A stretch of 63,191 nucleotides of DNA, the filler included, from Asterionella formosa (Eukaryota): the NCBI GenBank assembly GCA_002256025.1. It is 10 parts of 10 records of this genome, joined end to end, with 100 filler letters (N's around TTAATTAATTAA, not from the genome) between each part and the next. Parts side by side here need not be neighbours in the genome. Positions count along the whole stretch, not along the records: positions 1 to 1,128 come from NKIB01004153.1; positions 1,229 to 19,368 come from NKIB01004154.1; 8 more parts are not named here. One strand, 5' to 3'. The position numbers and the translations under genes were made by a program. The notes under the pieces are model-generated. The model ran no database searches and was not told where the DNA came from. It saw nothing but the letters and a program-made list of their open reading frames with translations. Below are positions 1 through 12,025 of this stretch, one piece after another (positions within the stretch are counted from its first letter, which is position 1; the number at the start of each line of letters is the position of its first letter).

Positions 1-1128
1 AGTGCGTCTTCTTCACGCTTCTTCCGTCTCCACTGTTTCATCGATTCAGTTTCTGACTCGCTGATGTGGTCGTCACTAGCGAAAGATTCAATATCATAAT
101 CGTGGTTACTTTCTTGAGTATGCGATTCTTGATGAGATGCTTCTCCCGGAATTACTCCACTTGATTTCTGCAATATATCTAGCCTCTGAATCGTTGCCTG
201 TTGTTCAGCGTCCATTACGATTTCTAATGGAGGTGCAGCCGGTAGTGTTTCAGATGTTTCGTCGGATTCACCAAAAATGAATGAATGGATAGAGTTTTGG
301 TCAGCTAGTGCGTCTTCTTCACGCTTCTTCCGTCTCCACTGTTTCATCGATTCAGTTTCTGACTCGCTGATGTGGTCGTCACTAGCGAAAGATTCAATAT
401 CATAATCGTGGTTACTTTCTTGAGTATGCGATTCTTGATGAGATGCTTCTCCCGGAATTACTCCACTTGATTTCTGCAATATATCTAGCCTCTGAATCGT
501 TGCCTGTTGTTCAGCGTCCATTACGATTTCTAATGGAGGTGCAGCCGGTAGTGTTTCAGATGTTTCGTCGGATTCACCAAAAATGAATGAATGGATAGAG
601 TTTTGGTCAGCTAGTGCGTCTTCTTCACGCTTCTTCCGTCTCCACTGTTTCATCGATTCAGTTTCTGACTCGCTGATGTGGTCGTCACTAGCGATAGATT
701 CAATATCATAATCGTGGTTACTTTCTTGAGTATGCGATTCTAGATGAGATACTTCTCCCGGAATTACTCCACTTGATTTCTGCAATATATCTAGCCTCTG
801 AATCGCTGCTTGTTGTTCAGCGTCCATTACAATTTCTAATGGAGGTGCAGCCGGTAGTGTTTCAGATGTTTCGTCGGATTCACCAAAAATGAATGAATGG
901 ATCGAGTTCTGGTCAGCTAGTGCCTCTTGTTCACGCTTCTTCCGTCTCCATTCTTTCATCGATTCAGTTTCTGACTCACTTATGTGGTCGTCACTAGCGA
1001 TAGATTCAATATCATAATCGTGGTTTCTTTCTTGAGTATGCGATTCTTGATGAGATGCTTCTCCCGGAATTACTCCACTTGATTTCTGCAATATATCTAG
1101 CCTCTGAATCGTTGCCTGTTGTTCAGCG
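1..1128. repeat. 306-bp tandem repeat, ~3.7 copies, filling the whole contig
   Basis: AGTGCGTCTTCTTCACGC recurs at 1, 307, 613 and (variant) 919. Copies 1-2 look identical; copies 3-4 have scattered substitutions and no indels. Confidence 0.97.
3..1127 (-). CDS. Internal fragment of a protein made of 102-aa acidic tandem repeats (both ends missing)
   Basis: One minus-strand frame has no stop for 375 codons. Unit: LADQNSIHSFIFGESDETSETLPAAPPLEIVMDAEQQATIQRLDILQKSSGVIPGEASHQESHTQESNHDYDIESFASDDHISESETESMKQWRRKKREEDA. About half of the inter-copy substitutions I checked are synonymous in this frame. Confidence 0.7.
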
Positions 1129-1228
1129 NNNNNNNNNNNNNNNNNNNNNNNNNNNNNNNNNNNNNNNNNNNNTTAATTAATTAANNNNNNNNNNNNNNNN
1201 NNNNNNNNNNNNNNNNNNNNNNNNNNNN
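1129..1228. other. Artificial contig linker N44-TTAATTAATTAA-N44 (first of nine)
   Basis: Identical 100-bp linkers at 1129-1228, 19369-19468, 37606-37705, 38833-38932, 57067-57166, 58282-58381, 59514-59613, 60742-60841 and 61967-62066. TTAATTAATTAA gives stops in all six frames. Confidence 0.98.
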
Positions 1229-1835
1229 TAAAGGCTCATCCTCCAATCAAGGAATTTCAAGTTCAGAATATTGTGGATACCAGTTTGCTGCATCATATGC
1301 AGCTCGAGCTACTATTTATAGTACATTGTGTATTTTCACCAGGAACATGGGTTTTACAACATGATTTGATTATAGATATGTAATTGATATTGGGATATCA
1401 ATGTCGATAAGTGATAATTGACAAATGACTACGTCGTGATACTTTCCGTCGTCGTTCTTGCGATTACAAGGTTGTTGATGAGGTTTTAATCCTATCGGAT
1501 AATCCTACTACCTTGGATAACCATGGACGAGGTCCTTATTCTATTTATTCAAGTATATGCCAATGGTCCAGTTACTTTTCAACAAACTATGCATACTACG
1601 GACTGAATTAATATCCATTACATCAAACCTTTTCAAAGGTAAAAGGTTTTCCCTTGGTGTGGGAGAGTGAGCGATCTTGCGCATCAATACAGATGTATAT
1701 AGGGTTAGTGTTATATCATGTATGTATAAGAACTCAATAATGAGAGAACTCGACTAACCCTCATTGTATACTTTGGTGTCGACTTGGAGAACGAGTTACA
1801 CACAAGGATTAACAAATAAGCTCATATATTCAACA
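1229..1835 (+). mobile_element. Degenerate Ty3/Gypsy LTR retrotransposon 3' end (integrase C-terminus, PPT, probable LTR)
   Basis: Broken reading AARATIYSTL..FSPGTWVLQHDLII..RRRSCDYKVVDEVLIL..TLDNHGRGPYSI..QVYANGPVTFQ..INIHYIKPF* ends at 1642 and resembles gypsy integrase C-termini. A purine tract GGGAGAG (1661-1667) is followed by TG at 1668, with a candidate ...CAACA end at 1835. Confidence 0.65.
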
Positions 1836-2247
1836 AATACTACTACTTCTAGTTAGATACTTCACCTGCTACCTGGTACCTGGTACCGGTACCCGGAGCA
1901 CCTAGTTATGTATGATGTAATCATTGAAACACCTGTCTGTAGACTACATATATTATTAAATATAATTAATTTTTATTACGGTATACCGCTACGAGGTGAA
2001 GTACCAGTTACCGGGTGTTTCCGGTCCTCGTCTCGGCGGTACGTACATCACCATGGGTTCTCGTCTGGTGGTCTTCGACCTTGCTTGTATAAAATATTTC
2101 ACATGTGGTACCAGGGTAATAGGGCAGCCGATACATAACGGTAACACATTTATCAATGATACGCCCACACCGTCCGCAGATATAACCAACACAATAAATC
2201 ACACACTCCTGCCAAAATCCACCATTTCGAAATCACGAAATACTACA

Positions 2248-3535
2248 ATGAACCGACTTACCGTTGTATTGGCATATTTGGCGGCTGTTAGAGGTGAGCT
2301 CAAGAGGCTGAAAGGATTTCTAAAAAACTGAGGAATTCATGGCCTTGGTTCATTTTGATCCCGAACAGTGCGTTGAATCTTTTATTGCTTCTCCGGTGTA
2401 TGCCCATGTGCACTTACTCCCTTGCTCCCATTGTCATAAGGCTTTACTCCACAAAATGTACCGACAAGTGCTACTAGAATGACAGAATCATTGAGAACAA
2501 CAGCACTTGCGGCCGAAGGAAGCAATGCTAACGAATTGGTGAGTTCTGATCAGCTCTCGGATTCACTTTTGCTATATGTGTTGCTCCACATCAACAGTCC
2601 TCCCGCCTGTATTACTTACGCTGTGAAACATTCGCCAATTTCCAACTTTTCAGTTTCCAATGAAGCCTGGATCCACCGTTGCCTTGATAACTCCCATGAC
2701 GAGCACAGGTGATATTGACACTGGCACTCTCAGAGCACTGTTACAATTTCATATCGAACAAGGCACGACTAATCTGTGCATTTTGGGAACGACTGGAGAA
2801 GCATCACTCATGGACATGCGCGAACGAGAAATGGTTCTCAAAATTGCAGTCGAAGAGTGCAAGGGGAAACTACCAATCTTGGTAGGTACGGGAACCATTA
2901 ATCCAAACTCGGTCAAGGCCATGACGCAACAAGCCATTGATTGTGGGTGTGATGCCAGTCTTCTCGTGTCACCTTACTATGTCAAACCGCCCCAACGAGG
3001 ACTGATCAAGCATGTGCTGACCATGGCAGATATGGGTTTGCCTGTTATCATGTACAACATTGCCGGGCGGACGGCAGTTGATTTTTTAGATGAAAATATG
3101 GCCATTTGTGCGCAACACGAAAATGTCGTTGGTGTTAAGGATGCGACTGGGAACTTGGCACGAGTAGATAATATGCGTCGATTGGTTGGAGACGACTTTC
3201 TTTTGTATTCTGGTGACGATGCCACATCCCTGGACTTTGTCCAACGCGGTGGAGATGGTTGCATATCTGTCACGGCGAATGTGGCACCCAAGGCCATGGC
3301 TGACTGCATGAAGGCGGCCATCGAAGGGCGACACGCGGAAGCGCAGAAGTTCAATGCTCCTCTCAATCTGCTCCATGAAAAGCTCTTTGTCGAGTCAAAT
3401 CCCATTCCCTGCAAGTGGGCGGCCATGAAGATGGGCCTCATCCCTACCCCGTACTGTCGTCCTCCATTGGATGTCATGGATCCCAAATTTGAAAGTGATG
3501 TGACAAGAGCACTTCAAGCAGCAGGTTTGCTTTAA
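2248..3535 (+). CDS. dapA: 4-hydroxy-tetrahydrodipicolinate synthase (DHDPS), plastid-targeted; join(2248..2293,2441..2538,2654..3535), ~341 aa
   Basis: DHDPS motifs GTTGE, PYYVKP, YNIAGRT, GVKDATG, SGDD, GCISVTAN and ESNPIPCK. Two GT-AG introns (2294-2440, 2539-2653) join in frame to give the signal peptide MNRLTVVLAYLAAVRG, then FTP (ASAFAP-like) and a Ser/Thr/Arg-rich transit peptide. Confidence 0.93.
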
Positions 3536-3993
3536 TTAATTCAACAACATTGCATCATGAAGTGTGATGCTACTACTTTCCTCGAGCATATTAATGGTAA
3601 TATAACGAGATACCCGTGTTGGAAAAATATTTTCATTATTCCCCCGAAAGTACTCGTTTATAGCCTGGAATTTGAAGCACAAGAATAGCCTGGAATGCAC
3701 ATGGTGCGCTTGCTGTGTGTAGCAAATTGGGAATATTGATGACGACTACATAGTTACAGTTATACTACGTGATGCTATTGGAAAGTGTGAAATGATGCAT
3801 GACCTTGAATCAGAACAACATGCTCGATTCAAGATGACGACCGCGGAAATGGGGAGGACTATGGCCTATTTGGCGGGAATGTTTTGCTTATTAGGCAAAC
3901 CAGCGCTGTGTAGACGCGGGTTTGCTTGAAAATTTTGAGTCATGATAACGCTACAAGGACTGAAACATCAGTCCACTGTTCTTTTTGAATGCT

Positions 3994-5320
3994 TTAAGCC
4001 TTGTCAGGATCAAGAGGGGCCTCCACAATCTTGATACACTTCAATTCGACTCCGTATCCATTGTGTTGAGGAGCGGCCTGTATGGGTAGGTACGTTAAGG
4101 TTTGCCTTGAATTAGTACAGATCACCTGGGAACAATACGTCCTAAAACAAGCGTATACATTGTTTCAATCGTTACACACTTAAGTAACCGATCAATCTAA
4201 ATCCAAAAGTAATTATCACTCACATTATACACATCCTGGGGCCTCACTGTCTTGGTTGCAATAGCTGGTACCCCGTCAGAATATACAACCATTTTCTGGG
4301 GAGGCATCGCCTCTTTTTTCTGCAAACCAGCTCCCGTCGCAGAAAATTGCCCATTGACCACCTTGATATCAATGCTATTGGATCTGTGAGAATCAAGCAC
4401 ATCGTTTTCCCATTCACCATCTTCAATCGCCGACCGAACCGCGTCTTCAACAACCCAGTCGGCTTGTTCGAGATACCTGTGGGAAATTCAAGTGAGGGTT
4501 GTGAGGTGAGTGATTGAGAGAAAAATGTCAAAAGTGCAGTTGGTGCTGGGCCTTTCATGCAAGAAAACAAAAAAGATTTACACACTTACGTTCGAGCTTC
4601 ACTTTCCTTTACATCAGCTGGTAATTCTGCCATGACGGCATAAATTTTGTATTCTTTCGTTTCCTTGTTTTGGACATGAATGTATCCGCTCCGAATCGCC
4701 TTCTTGGAAAGGGGAATAATCAATTTCTTCGGAGCGCCACTCAAGTTTGACCCGCTAAAATGATTTGCCTGGCGCAACCTTGTCCCGGAAGTCTTATAAG
4801 CCAAACAAATTCCTTGAAGGGTGTCGCTAGGCAAGATGACATGTTCCATGTAGTCTACCCCCAACATTCCTAGGGCACGGTCGCCATTTTCTGAATCGAT
4901 TGTGGAATTTGACAGGGTGCGTTGGATCTTGAAGGGCACAGAACCATTGAAAGTAGATGAATCGTTGTCTACTGAGGAAATCGATCGAACAGAACCAGCT
5001 CGAGGCACCATAAGTCCAACAGACGAGACTGAGACTTTATCGCTCAACAGCTCCCAATCATCAACTCCGTCAAGAAAAGTTTCCGGGGGCAGGGTATCCA
5101 CCACCAAGCTGAGAGAGTCTAGAGGTGCTTCTTGTTCCAACTCTGGAGGTGCGTCACAAGATGTTGTATCAGTGTCAGGGCGCTTCACCAATTGCCACCT
5201 CTTTGTCACATCGTCTAATTGCCATTTCATCCCCTTTGGAGGCGCAGGAAGAGAGCTCTCCTCTCGAATCACTGGGGCTGTACTGAACACTTTCCAGGAT
5301 CCAAAGAGGGAGTCCGACAT
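3994..5320 (-). CDS. LysM-domain protein with a downstream UBA-like helix; complement(join(3994..4077,4224..4476,4590..5320))
   Basis: LysM motif EHVILPSDTLQGICLAYKTSGTRLRQANHFSGSNL...KKLIIP. Intron 4477-4589 (GTAAGT..CAG) joins in frame to EARTYLEQADWVVEDAVRSAIEDGEWE. A probable second intron 4078-4223 (GTGAGT..CAG) gives the C-terminus AAPQHNGYGVELKCIK...DKA*; if unspliced, the stop is at 4197. Confidence 0.8.
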
Positions 5321-5875
5321 CGTGAAGTTCTGATACGATTGCTTTCTAATATACCGGTAAAGCGGTCGAGACCTGACAGAAAGTAACACCACCTTGTTCC
5401 GAAAAATACGAGTTTTTTCTGTGCTGCTCCCTATGTATACTTCTATGCACCATCATGAAGTGTTCATGACTCCTGTTCCTGCCGAGTGAACACGTATGAA
5501 GTGCATGTAGAAGTGGCTTTTATGTTTGATATCACAAGTCATATCCCGTACACTGCGTTGAGAATGGGTTACTTACATATATAGGAATTATTGACATGTA
5601 TTTGATCATAAAAATATTTACTTACAGATCGCGGGAAGTGCGATCATCAAAATTCCGACAAGACCTAACATTTCTACATTGTCGTATATAATATCTCACT
5701 TGATAAACCCTTTCGTGAATGTATGTTTTACAACTGACGTTGGCCTAAAATTCAATCATTTTTGGCGTGGGTATATAGAAAGCTGCATGGTGCTCACAAG
5801 CCAAGCATTGATACTCTCCGATATTTCGGCATCACCCAGGATAATTTCTGTGATGGCACGTCTATCTGATCTCAA

Positions 5876-6620
5876 GTTCGGTACAGTACCAGGTACCTGG
5901 TACCTGGTATCCTCTTAGCCTTCCTGAAAATCTTGTAGTTCATGCGTGGACAAGACTACGTGAAAATTCGCACCGGTACGTAATAGGTTCAGTTCCCGTT
6001 TGGCTGGGGGTTCTTGGTTTGGTCGTTTATCCTCGTTGGTTTGTCTACTACGGTAGAGGTACCAGGTATTACTAACGGTAGTATGCTTGGTACGGCACCC
6101 TCGAAGCTGGTATGGTACTCCAGATAACCAGGCATATCATGGAGTACCAGGGTACCAGGTACCTGGTACCAGATTTACCAGGGTGGTTCACTGTAGAAGT
6201 GGCAATAATTCTACATAGATACAGGTATTCATACCTAGTCCTATGAATAGCTATAGTACCGGTAGGGAGTTCAAATAACCATGAAGAAAGAAAGTTGGAG
6301 TTGGTGGTACCTGGTACTTGGTACTTGGTACCAGGTACCGGTATATCTCGAGGTTCTAACTACTGGTACCTGGTAACTTTGGTACTTCGGTAAAGATATA
6401 GCTAATACTCTCGATTACCGGACCTTCCCTGCTACCATTCGTCAACGTACGTAATACAGGTTCAATAGGTATTGGGACGGGTTACAACAAGACTAAAAAA
6501 TGTGGTGACCATCAGACATCAAGCATCAGGGAGGAGACAGATTGTTCGTTTTCCCCAGCTCCTCACCAACGAGGGCAAGCGGCAGGATGAAATATTGGTA
6601 CTACCTGGTACCAGGTACAC
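5876..6620. repeat. Dense cluster of palindromic (TACCTGG/CCAGGTA)n, GGTACC and TACCGGTA motifs
   Basis: Examples: GTACCAGGTACCTGGTACCTGGTA (~5887), GTACCAGGGTACCAGGTACCTGGTACCAG (~6144), GGTACCTGGTACTTGGTACTTGGTACCAGGTACCGGTA (~6306). The same motifs recur in non-coding DNA throughout the window. Confidence 0.9.
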
Positions 6621-7255
6621 CGTCACTCTTGTATATCTTCCGTGATTTCACGATGAAAAGTGTCACTCTTGTATATGATGCGTGATGCTTTGGTAAAGAC
6701 GACTAAAAAGAGGCCGTGTGCTCACTTGTCGTTTCTACATATAGGGTCCAATACAAGACTATAACTTGCAGCGAACGATGAATGTACGTATGTATGGGAA
6801 TGCAGAAGGGCCAAGTCGATTCTGTGGCCTTGCCGTGTTTTGTGCTTCTTGCATGCATACCGTTTCGTTTGGAGAAAACGAACTGTTGCATAAACTCTCT
6901 CGACAATTTTCATTCTTTTTCTTTAGAATAATTCAAGTTATAGACTACCGCTACCCCAGGTTTACCAACGGACGGTGGACACGAGATTTTCTCACCTTTC
7001 TTTCTTGCTCATCCGCCCCGCTGGCTGTGCTGATACTCACATAGATCGATCGATTTTTCATTTTGTTACACAATTGAATTACTCACTTAATAAATTTATC
7101 AGAATAAAAAAGATTTAGCACATTTGCGAACCTGTGGTTTAAGGCCTAAACATTCCAACTGACAGTCATCTGTAGACAGGGCATTATGAATAAACCGGTT
7201 GCAAATTTGGCAAAAAAGGATGTATTATCAGCAAGCCTTGGGATTTTGTAATTGA

Positions 7256-7507
7256 TTACATGGATGGAGCTCCGATCAGCATCTCTCGCGGTTCGCAGAG
7301 AAACATGGCAAAGGCAGCGGTACCAAGGGCTGACACCATAAATCCCAAGGATAAAGCTTTGTGGAAGGCAGGTGTGCTCGTAATAGTACTTGATCGTTCG
7401 ATGTAGGCATCGGTTCGCGAGAATTGCTCGCCATTTTGAGTTGCAGCATAGCTTGAGATGGCGGCGAGTAAGATAAGGACAACAGTAATAGTATATGGTC
7501 TAGTCAT
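7256..7507 (-). CDS. Putative 83-aa small protein with N-terminal signal peptide and C-terminal hydrophobic helix
   Basis: ATG at 7507. MTRPYTITVVLILLAAISSYA looks like a signal peptide and LSLGFMVSALGTAAFAMFLC like a TM segment. No homology recognised. Confidence 0.5.
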   Translation of the reverse strand: MTRPYTITVVLILLAAISSYAATQNGEQFSRTDAYIERSSTITSTPAFHKALSLGFMVSALGTAAFAMFLCEPREMLIGAPSM

Positions 7508-7933
7508 TGTAGGTGGCGGGAGAACGAGTTCGTCAATCTGAAGCTGAGAAAGTGGGAAGATAATATTTTGATACGACGAAATTTTGGAACGAGGAATGGA
7601 AACAGGCACTGCCCAGATATGGTTAGGGATAGGGTTTGTTAGGGCATTTACCACTGGGATATGCTTTAAATATGTATGTATCATTGAAAAGGTAGGGGGG
7701 GGGGGCGCATAATAAATACATACTGGTGTGCTCGGACCAGTAGGCGACAACGACATCGCGCGAACACTGGACTAATACCACCAGTATTATATTTATAAAT
7801 CAAAGAAAACGAGAAGCCTTGTGTCAACAGTGTGAATTGTAACGCTGGCTAATGTAGGAAGTACCGGTAGTCTAGTTTAAATCTAGCACAGTTCGTACCT
7901 GGAACTTTCCTTCCTATTAGGAACTACACATAT

Positions 7934-8460
7934 GCTAACTTAAATGTGTAGTATTTTCCGCTTTCAAATGTTCATTTTCATGTTGCTCTAAATGCACATG
8001 TTGATGTGAGGAGTAAAGTCGCAAGGTCACCAATAAATAATGCGGAGAAAGCATCCAGGTATACATAACTTCCCTGATCCAATCCATAACTGAGTAATCT
8101 TGCAGCCTCCATCAAAGAATTTCGCAACCGCCTAATTTAGTCCAGTTCCCTCGGAAGGGCTTCCAACCTTGGTTTCATGCATTTCAATCCGCAATCCCCA
8201 TCAATTTGAACAACAATAAAAGGTATTGTCAATTCTATCATCGTATCATTGAAGAATACACCTCATCCAAAGGGATAGCATCGGCAAATAGAGCTTCTAT
8301 TTCTATGAAACCAGCTTGACCATCCGTTCTTATCAGTAGTGTATTGAAGAACAATGGGTATGCGCCCACTGAGAATGACATCAAAGAACCTCATCTGGTC
8401 AGTGTTGTCACCAGCCAAAATCAGGCGAAATGTAGAATTTCGATAGATGCTGTCCATGGC
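7934..8460 (-). pseudogene. Exostosin-family (GT47) glycosyltransferase C-terminal fragment, degenerate
   Basis: IYRNSTFRLILAGDNTDQMRFFDVILSGRIPIVL fits the GT47 S.FCL...GD.....R.FD.I..GCIPV motif. It continues through stops and frameshifts to LMEAARLLSYGLDQ...DAFSALL. No N-terminal part is present upstream. Confidence 0.65.
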
Positions 8461-9586
8461 AATGTTGTGGGTCCCCTACACTTGTTGCACAAAAGTGTCC
8501 GGAAATGCACAATGTGTTAGTCCTGGGAATTCATGATTACTTTTTTGACTAAATATGTAGCCAATCAATGACTAAATATTTAGCAAATCAATAAAAATTT
8601 CTATCAATGATAGATTATTTTTCTACCTAGATTTTACATGACTCTTTTTGCTGACTATAATGAAAATCGAAAAATGTTAACAATTTTTGTATTATCATCG
8701 AAATCATCAGTAAATTGGGGGTGGTTTCATGAGATACTGGTACTTGCTGCATTATAATGTCATACCTGAATGCAGTTACTACCCAGTGCACTGATGCCGG
8801 TATGCTTAGGCCATGTCTTACGGTGCCCAAAATACGAAGATTGACTCGAACGGAAACCTGTTGGGCGTAGAATCTTCGCATTTTGCTTCTTTGTTCTTAC
8901 GGGGCTAAACATTCGCAAATCCCCCCGAATACAACGATTGGTCTTCGTTCGCCCGAAGATTTTGAGAGTCATCCCCGATATTGACTCAATCTTGCTTCGT
9001 ATTTCGCAGATTAATCTTCAGGCAAACGAAGATTGTCTCCACCAACAGAATGTTTTAAATGTACATAAATAACACCCAGATCTATTACCCCTCATGATTA
9101 TCATTATATTATTATAGCTATTATTAAATATAATTGCAACATGAGTTCTCCGCCAACGTTGATGTCGATGTTCCAGGAGCAATATCAACAAAGTGTCCAG
9201 CCATGGAAACAACAGTGGTTGTCATGGCAACTACCAGCCGCCTTGCCAGCTGCATTACGCAATGAGCTGGTATCTCAGCTCATTTCACAACTGGAGAGAA
9301 ATGCAAGAGGAAACAAGCGCCGAATCGACGATCTTCACAGCCGAACAAAACAAACAAGGTTAAGAGAAGTAGAAGGAAACATGTTCATGTTCCAGAGCAA
9401 GACTCAGCGCATTTTACAGTTGGATCACAGAACATGGGGAGCAAGACTTTTTCGGCAGATTTTTCGAATTCCATTTATTGTATTTTGTGTGCTGTAGGAC
9501 ATGACAGTCTCAAAAAGGTGGTATGAACCATTGAAGAAAGATTGCACTAACCGTCTCTGCAAGGATCTCGACTTGCTCTTACTTGG

Positions 9587-9932
9587 TTAAGACGCTATTT
9601 ACGGCACTTTTTCGAATTTATGTCTAAAGTGAAGTATTTATGCCACTTTTCTAAAATATTATGTTACTTTCCTAAAATATTATGTTACTCTTTCTGTGAT
9701 ATATTCGGGTTGAACAAAAAATTACTTCACTTATCAAATAATTATGTGATCACACCAATAATTATGTGTGTTCGTGACAATATATGTTGTCAAACTCGCC
9801 ATCGCAACAGTGCAAAAGCGACATTATGCTGCTCCGCCGCAAAATTATGCTGCTTTCACCATATAATGAACGAAAGAGTCGCCAATTCCGATTCACTTCT
9901 TATTTTTTCCGCTCCGACATATTTATTTGATC
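9587..9932 (+). mobile_element. Probable DNA-transposon terminal/subterminal segment
   Basis: 9645-9932 aligns by eye with the reverse complement of 47440-47720 (shared blocks AAATATTATGTTACT, TTCACTTATC..TAATTATGTG, TATGCTGCT, TTTTTCCGC...ATTTGATC). Its first ~40 bp resemble the start of the repeat at 17222 and 62957. It contains an internal duplication of CTAAAATATTATGTTACT. Confidence 0.6.
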
Positions 9933-10439
9933 TGAGCTGGGAAAGAAAGACACATGCAAGAGGAAGATTCACACAGTAGAATTCAGCACACGTAGTAGTA
10001 GTTGCTGTTGCAGACACATTGTTTAGTCATTGTTGATTGTAGAGTTTACAATAGCCTACCAGAATAGAAACAAAGCACCACTGTTGGTCCTCGTTGGTCA
10101 TTGTTGAGCATGATTCCATGTCTCCGTAGTGAGTCAAAATCGAGATGTGCCGCAATGGCCTTCTCCGTTTCGGAGCAGCTACAAATAGTCTACAGCGATA
10201 ACTCTAGCAACTAAAATATAGACAAAGAAGCAACAGATGAGTAGCTGTCAACGATTGAATTCGTAGATTCGTTTAGAAACAGCTTTTGCATATTTTAACA
10301 TTCTCGCCCTTCGCTGCAACCTCCTCGAATTTCTTAATGTAGCTCTCATCGCTCATTCATCATCCCTACTTTATTTTCATCTCCAAAAAGTTTTGGGGGT
10401 GCAATGTTCTGATCAATACAAGCCTTATAAATTTCACTC

Positions 10440-11560
10440 TTTTTCTTCATCCGAAGCTATACATACATCTTCTTCTTCATCTCTTGGGAGTACCAATCTG
10501 TGGCACCCTTGACTTGGTCTTGGGGAAAGTGAATAATCACGTTCAAACTCTTTGCACTCCTAGTACTACCAGTTTTTATCGTTGAAGTTCTTCCAGAAAT
10601 AACTTGTGGAGTCAATCCACTGATGGAAGATGCCGGAGTTGTGCTTACTGGAAGAGAAATGGCCACTAGATCATTACGAACTTTAATGGCAGACACACTG
10701 TTGTTGCCTGGCGTAACTTCAATGAAAATGTCCATCAGTTAGTCAATATTTTCCATGAACATCAGTTCAACAATTCCACTTTGTTCAATTCCCCGAAGTG
10801 ACTTAGCTTGTGGAACTCCAGCCAAAACAAGAAGATTGGACTTAAAGCTGATCTCCAGCTGCCTGCTCATGGCAGTTGTCCTTTGATGAACAACTATGTC
10901 ATATAGACTGTTGAACCTGGCATTTCCCTTTGCGTCCCAGTCCCCATATCTCGTTCCCTATCCTCCACTACCGGTATAAAAGAATTTTAGTGCAGGAGTA
11001 TCATCTTCATGACCTTTCATCATTACCTTAGTATGCAACCAGACATCCCAACAATTCTCCAAGACAAACAAGGAAAAAGCTTGACTTTTTGAAAAAGTTC
11101 AAGTTTGACCCATTGACCAACATTTCGGGTCCAATGCCTGTCTCTTCCAATGCCATGGCCACCAGAAAGTTGAAGTCTTGCTTTGCTTCTCTTTTATTTC
11201 GCGAAGCTCTTCAATCTCTTCTCTAATTTTCTCCAACTCAGATTGAAGAAACTCTAAGAAAAGGTTTGTTTCAGCCACTTCCTTGTTATCAGAAATAGTC
11301 GAAATGTTTTTCTTACCATCAGTTGATAAAATGAGACTTTCATCCTCATCACTGAAAAATCGCTGTTCTCTGCTCCAGGGACTCCATTGTAGCTTTCACT
11401 GTCAGATGCAGAGGAAGCCTCAGCCTGAGACAGCTCTTGAATATATTTTGACATGATATTCGAAATAGCTTGCCAGAGATTTATAGGAATTGGATCTCGA
11501 ACAATCACTGATTGATCACACATTTATTCGCAAAAGTTGATATTTTCCCTTTGGGCTGAT
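10440..11560 (-). pseudogene. Degenerate ORF(s), probably transposon accessory gene(s)
   Basis: Fragmented reading including QAFSLFVLENCWDVW...FFYTGSGG*GTRYGDWDAKGNARFNSLYDIVVHQR (~10880-11090), with in-frame stops. It lies between a TE-like terminus and a transposase remnant. Confidence 0.4.
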
Positions 11561-12025
11561 ATTGAAAAAGGCCATTGTTGGTAGTCTACCGGTAGACTGC
11601 TACACTAATAATAATCAAGCATCATCACCTTCAAAATTCAACAGTTACTGAATGGCGTGACAGTCAAAGGTTTAGTACTACTTCTCGAAGTATTTGCTAC
11701 TAGTAGCTAGCTAGCAGCGATTCAGGGAAATCATACGCACAAACAAGGACCAGGTATTGTATTTAGTACATCTGAGTATTCGTCTTGTACTATTTGTCTA
11801 GGTACTAGATGCAGGTAGGATTCGGACACAAAAATATTGCACCTAGCTACTACTTGCTTCCAGCCTGTTTGCCGGAACAGAAAACTGCCAGCCATCCTCA
11901 CATGACTCTATATTTCTCTAATAATCGCACTTTCTCGCAACAATTGCGTTAATCTCTCATTCTCTCATTCCTTTCTCCCTTAGAGACTTCTTTCTTGCTC
12001 AAGAACAGACCAGCCAAGATTTGCG

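Noticed and set aside
2660..3535. dapA as a bacterial contaminant or recent horizontal transfer
   Set aside because: Spliceosomal introns and a bipartite plastid presequence show that it is a resident nuclear gene.
5876..6620. CCAGGTA heptamers as telomeric repeats or bacterial Dcm (CCWGG) sites
   Set aside because: Orientation flips within arrays, units are heterogeneous and dispersed, and no methyltransferase or bacterial DNA is seen. Not fully excluded, but unsupported.
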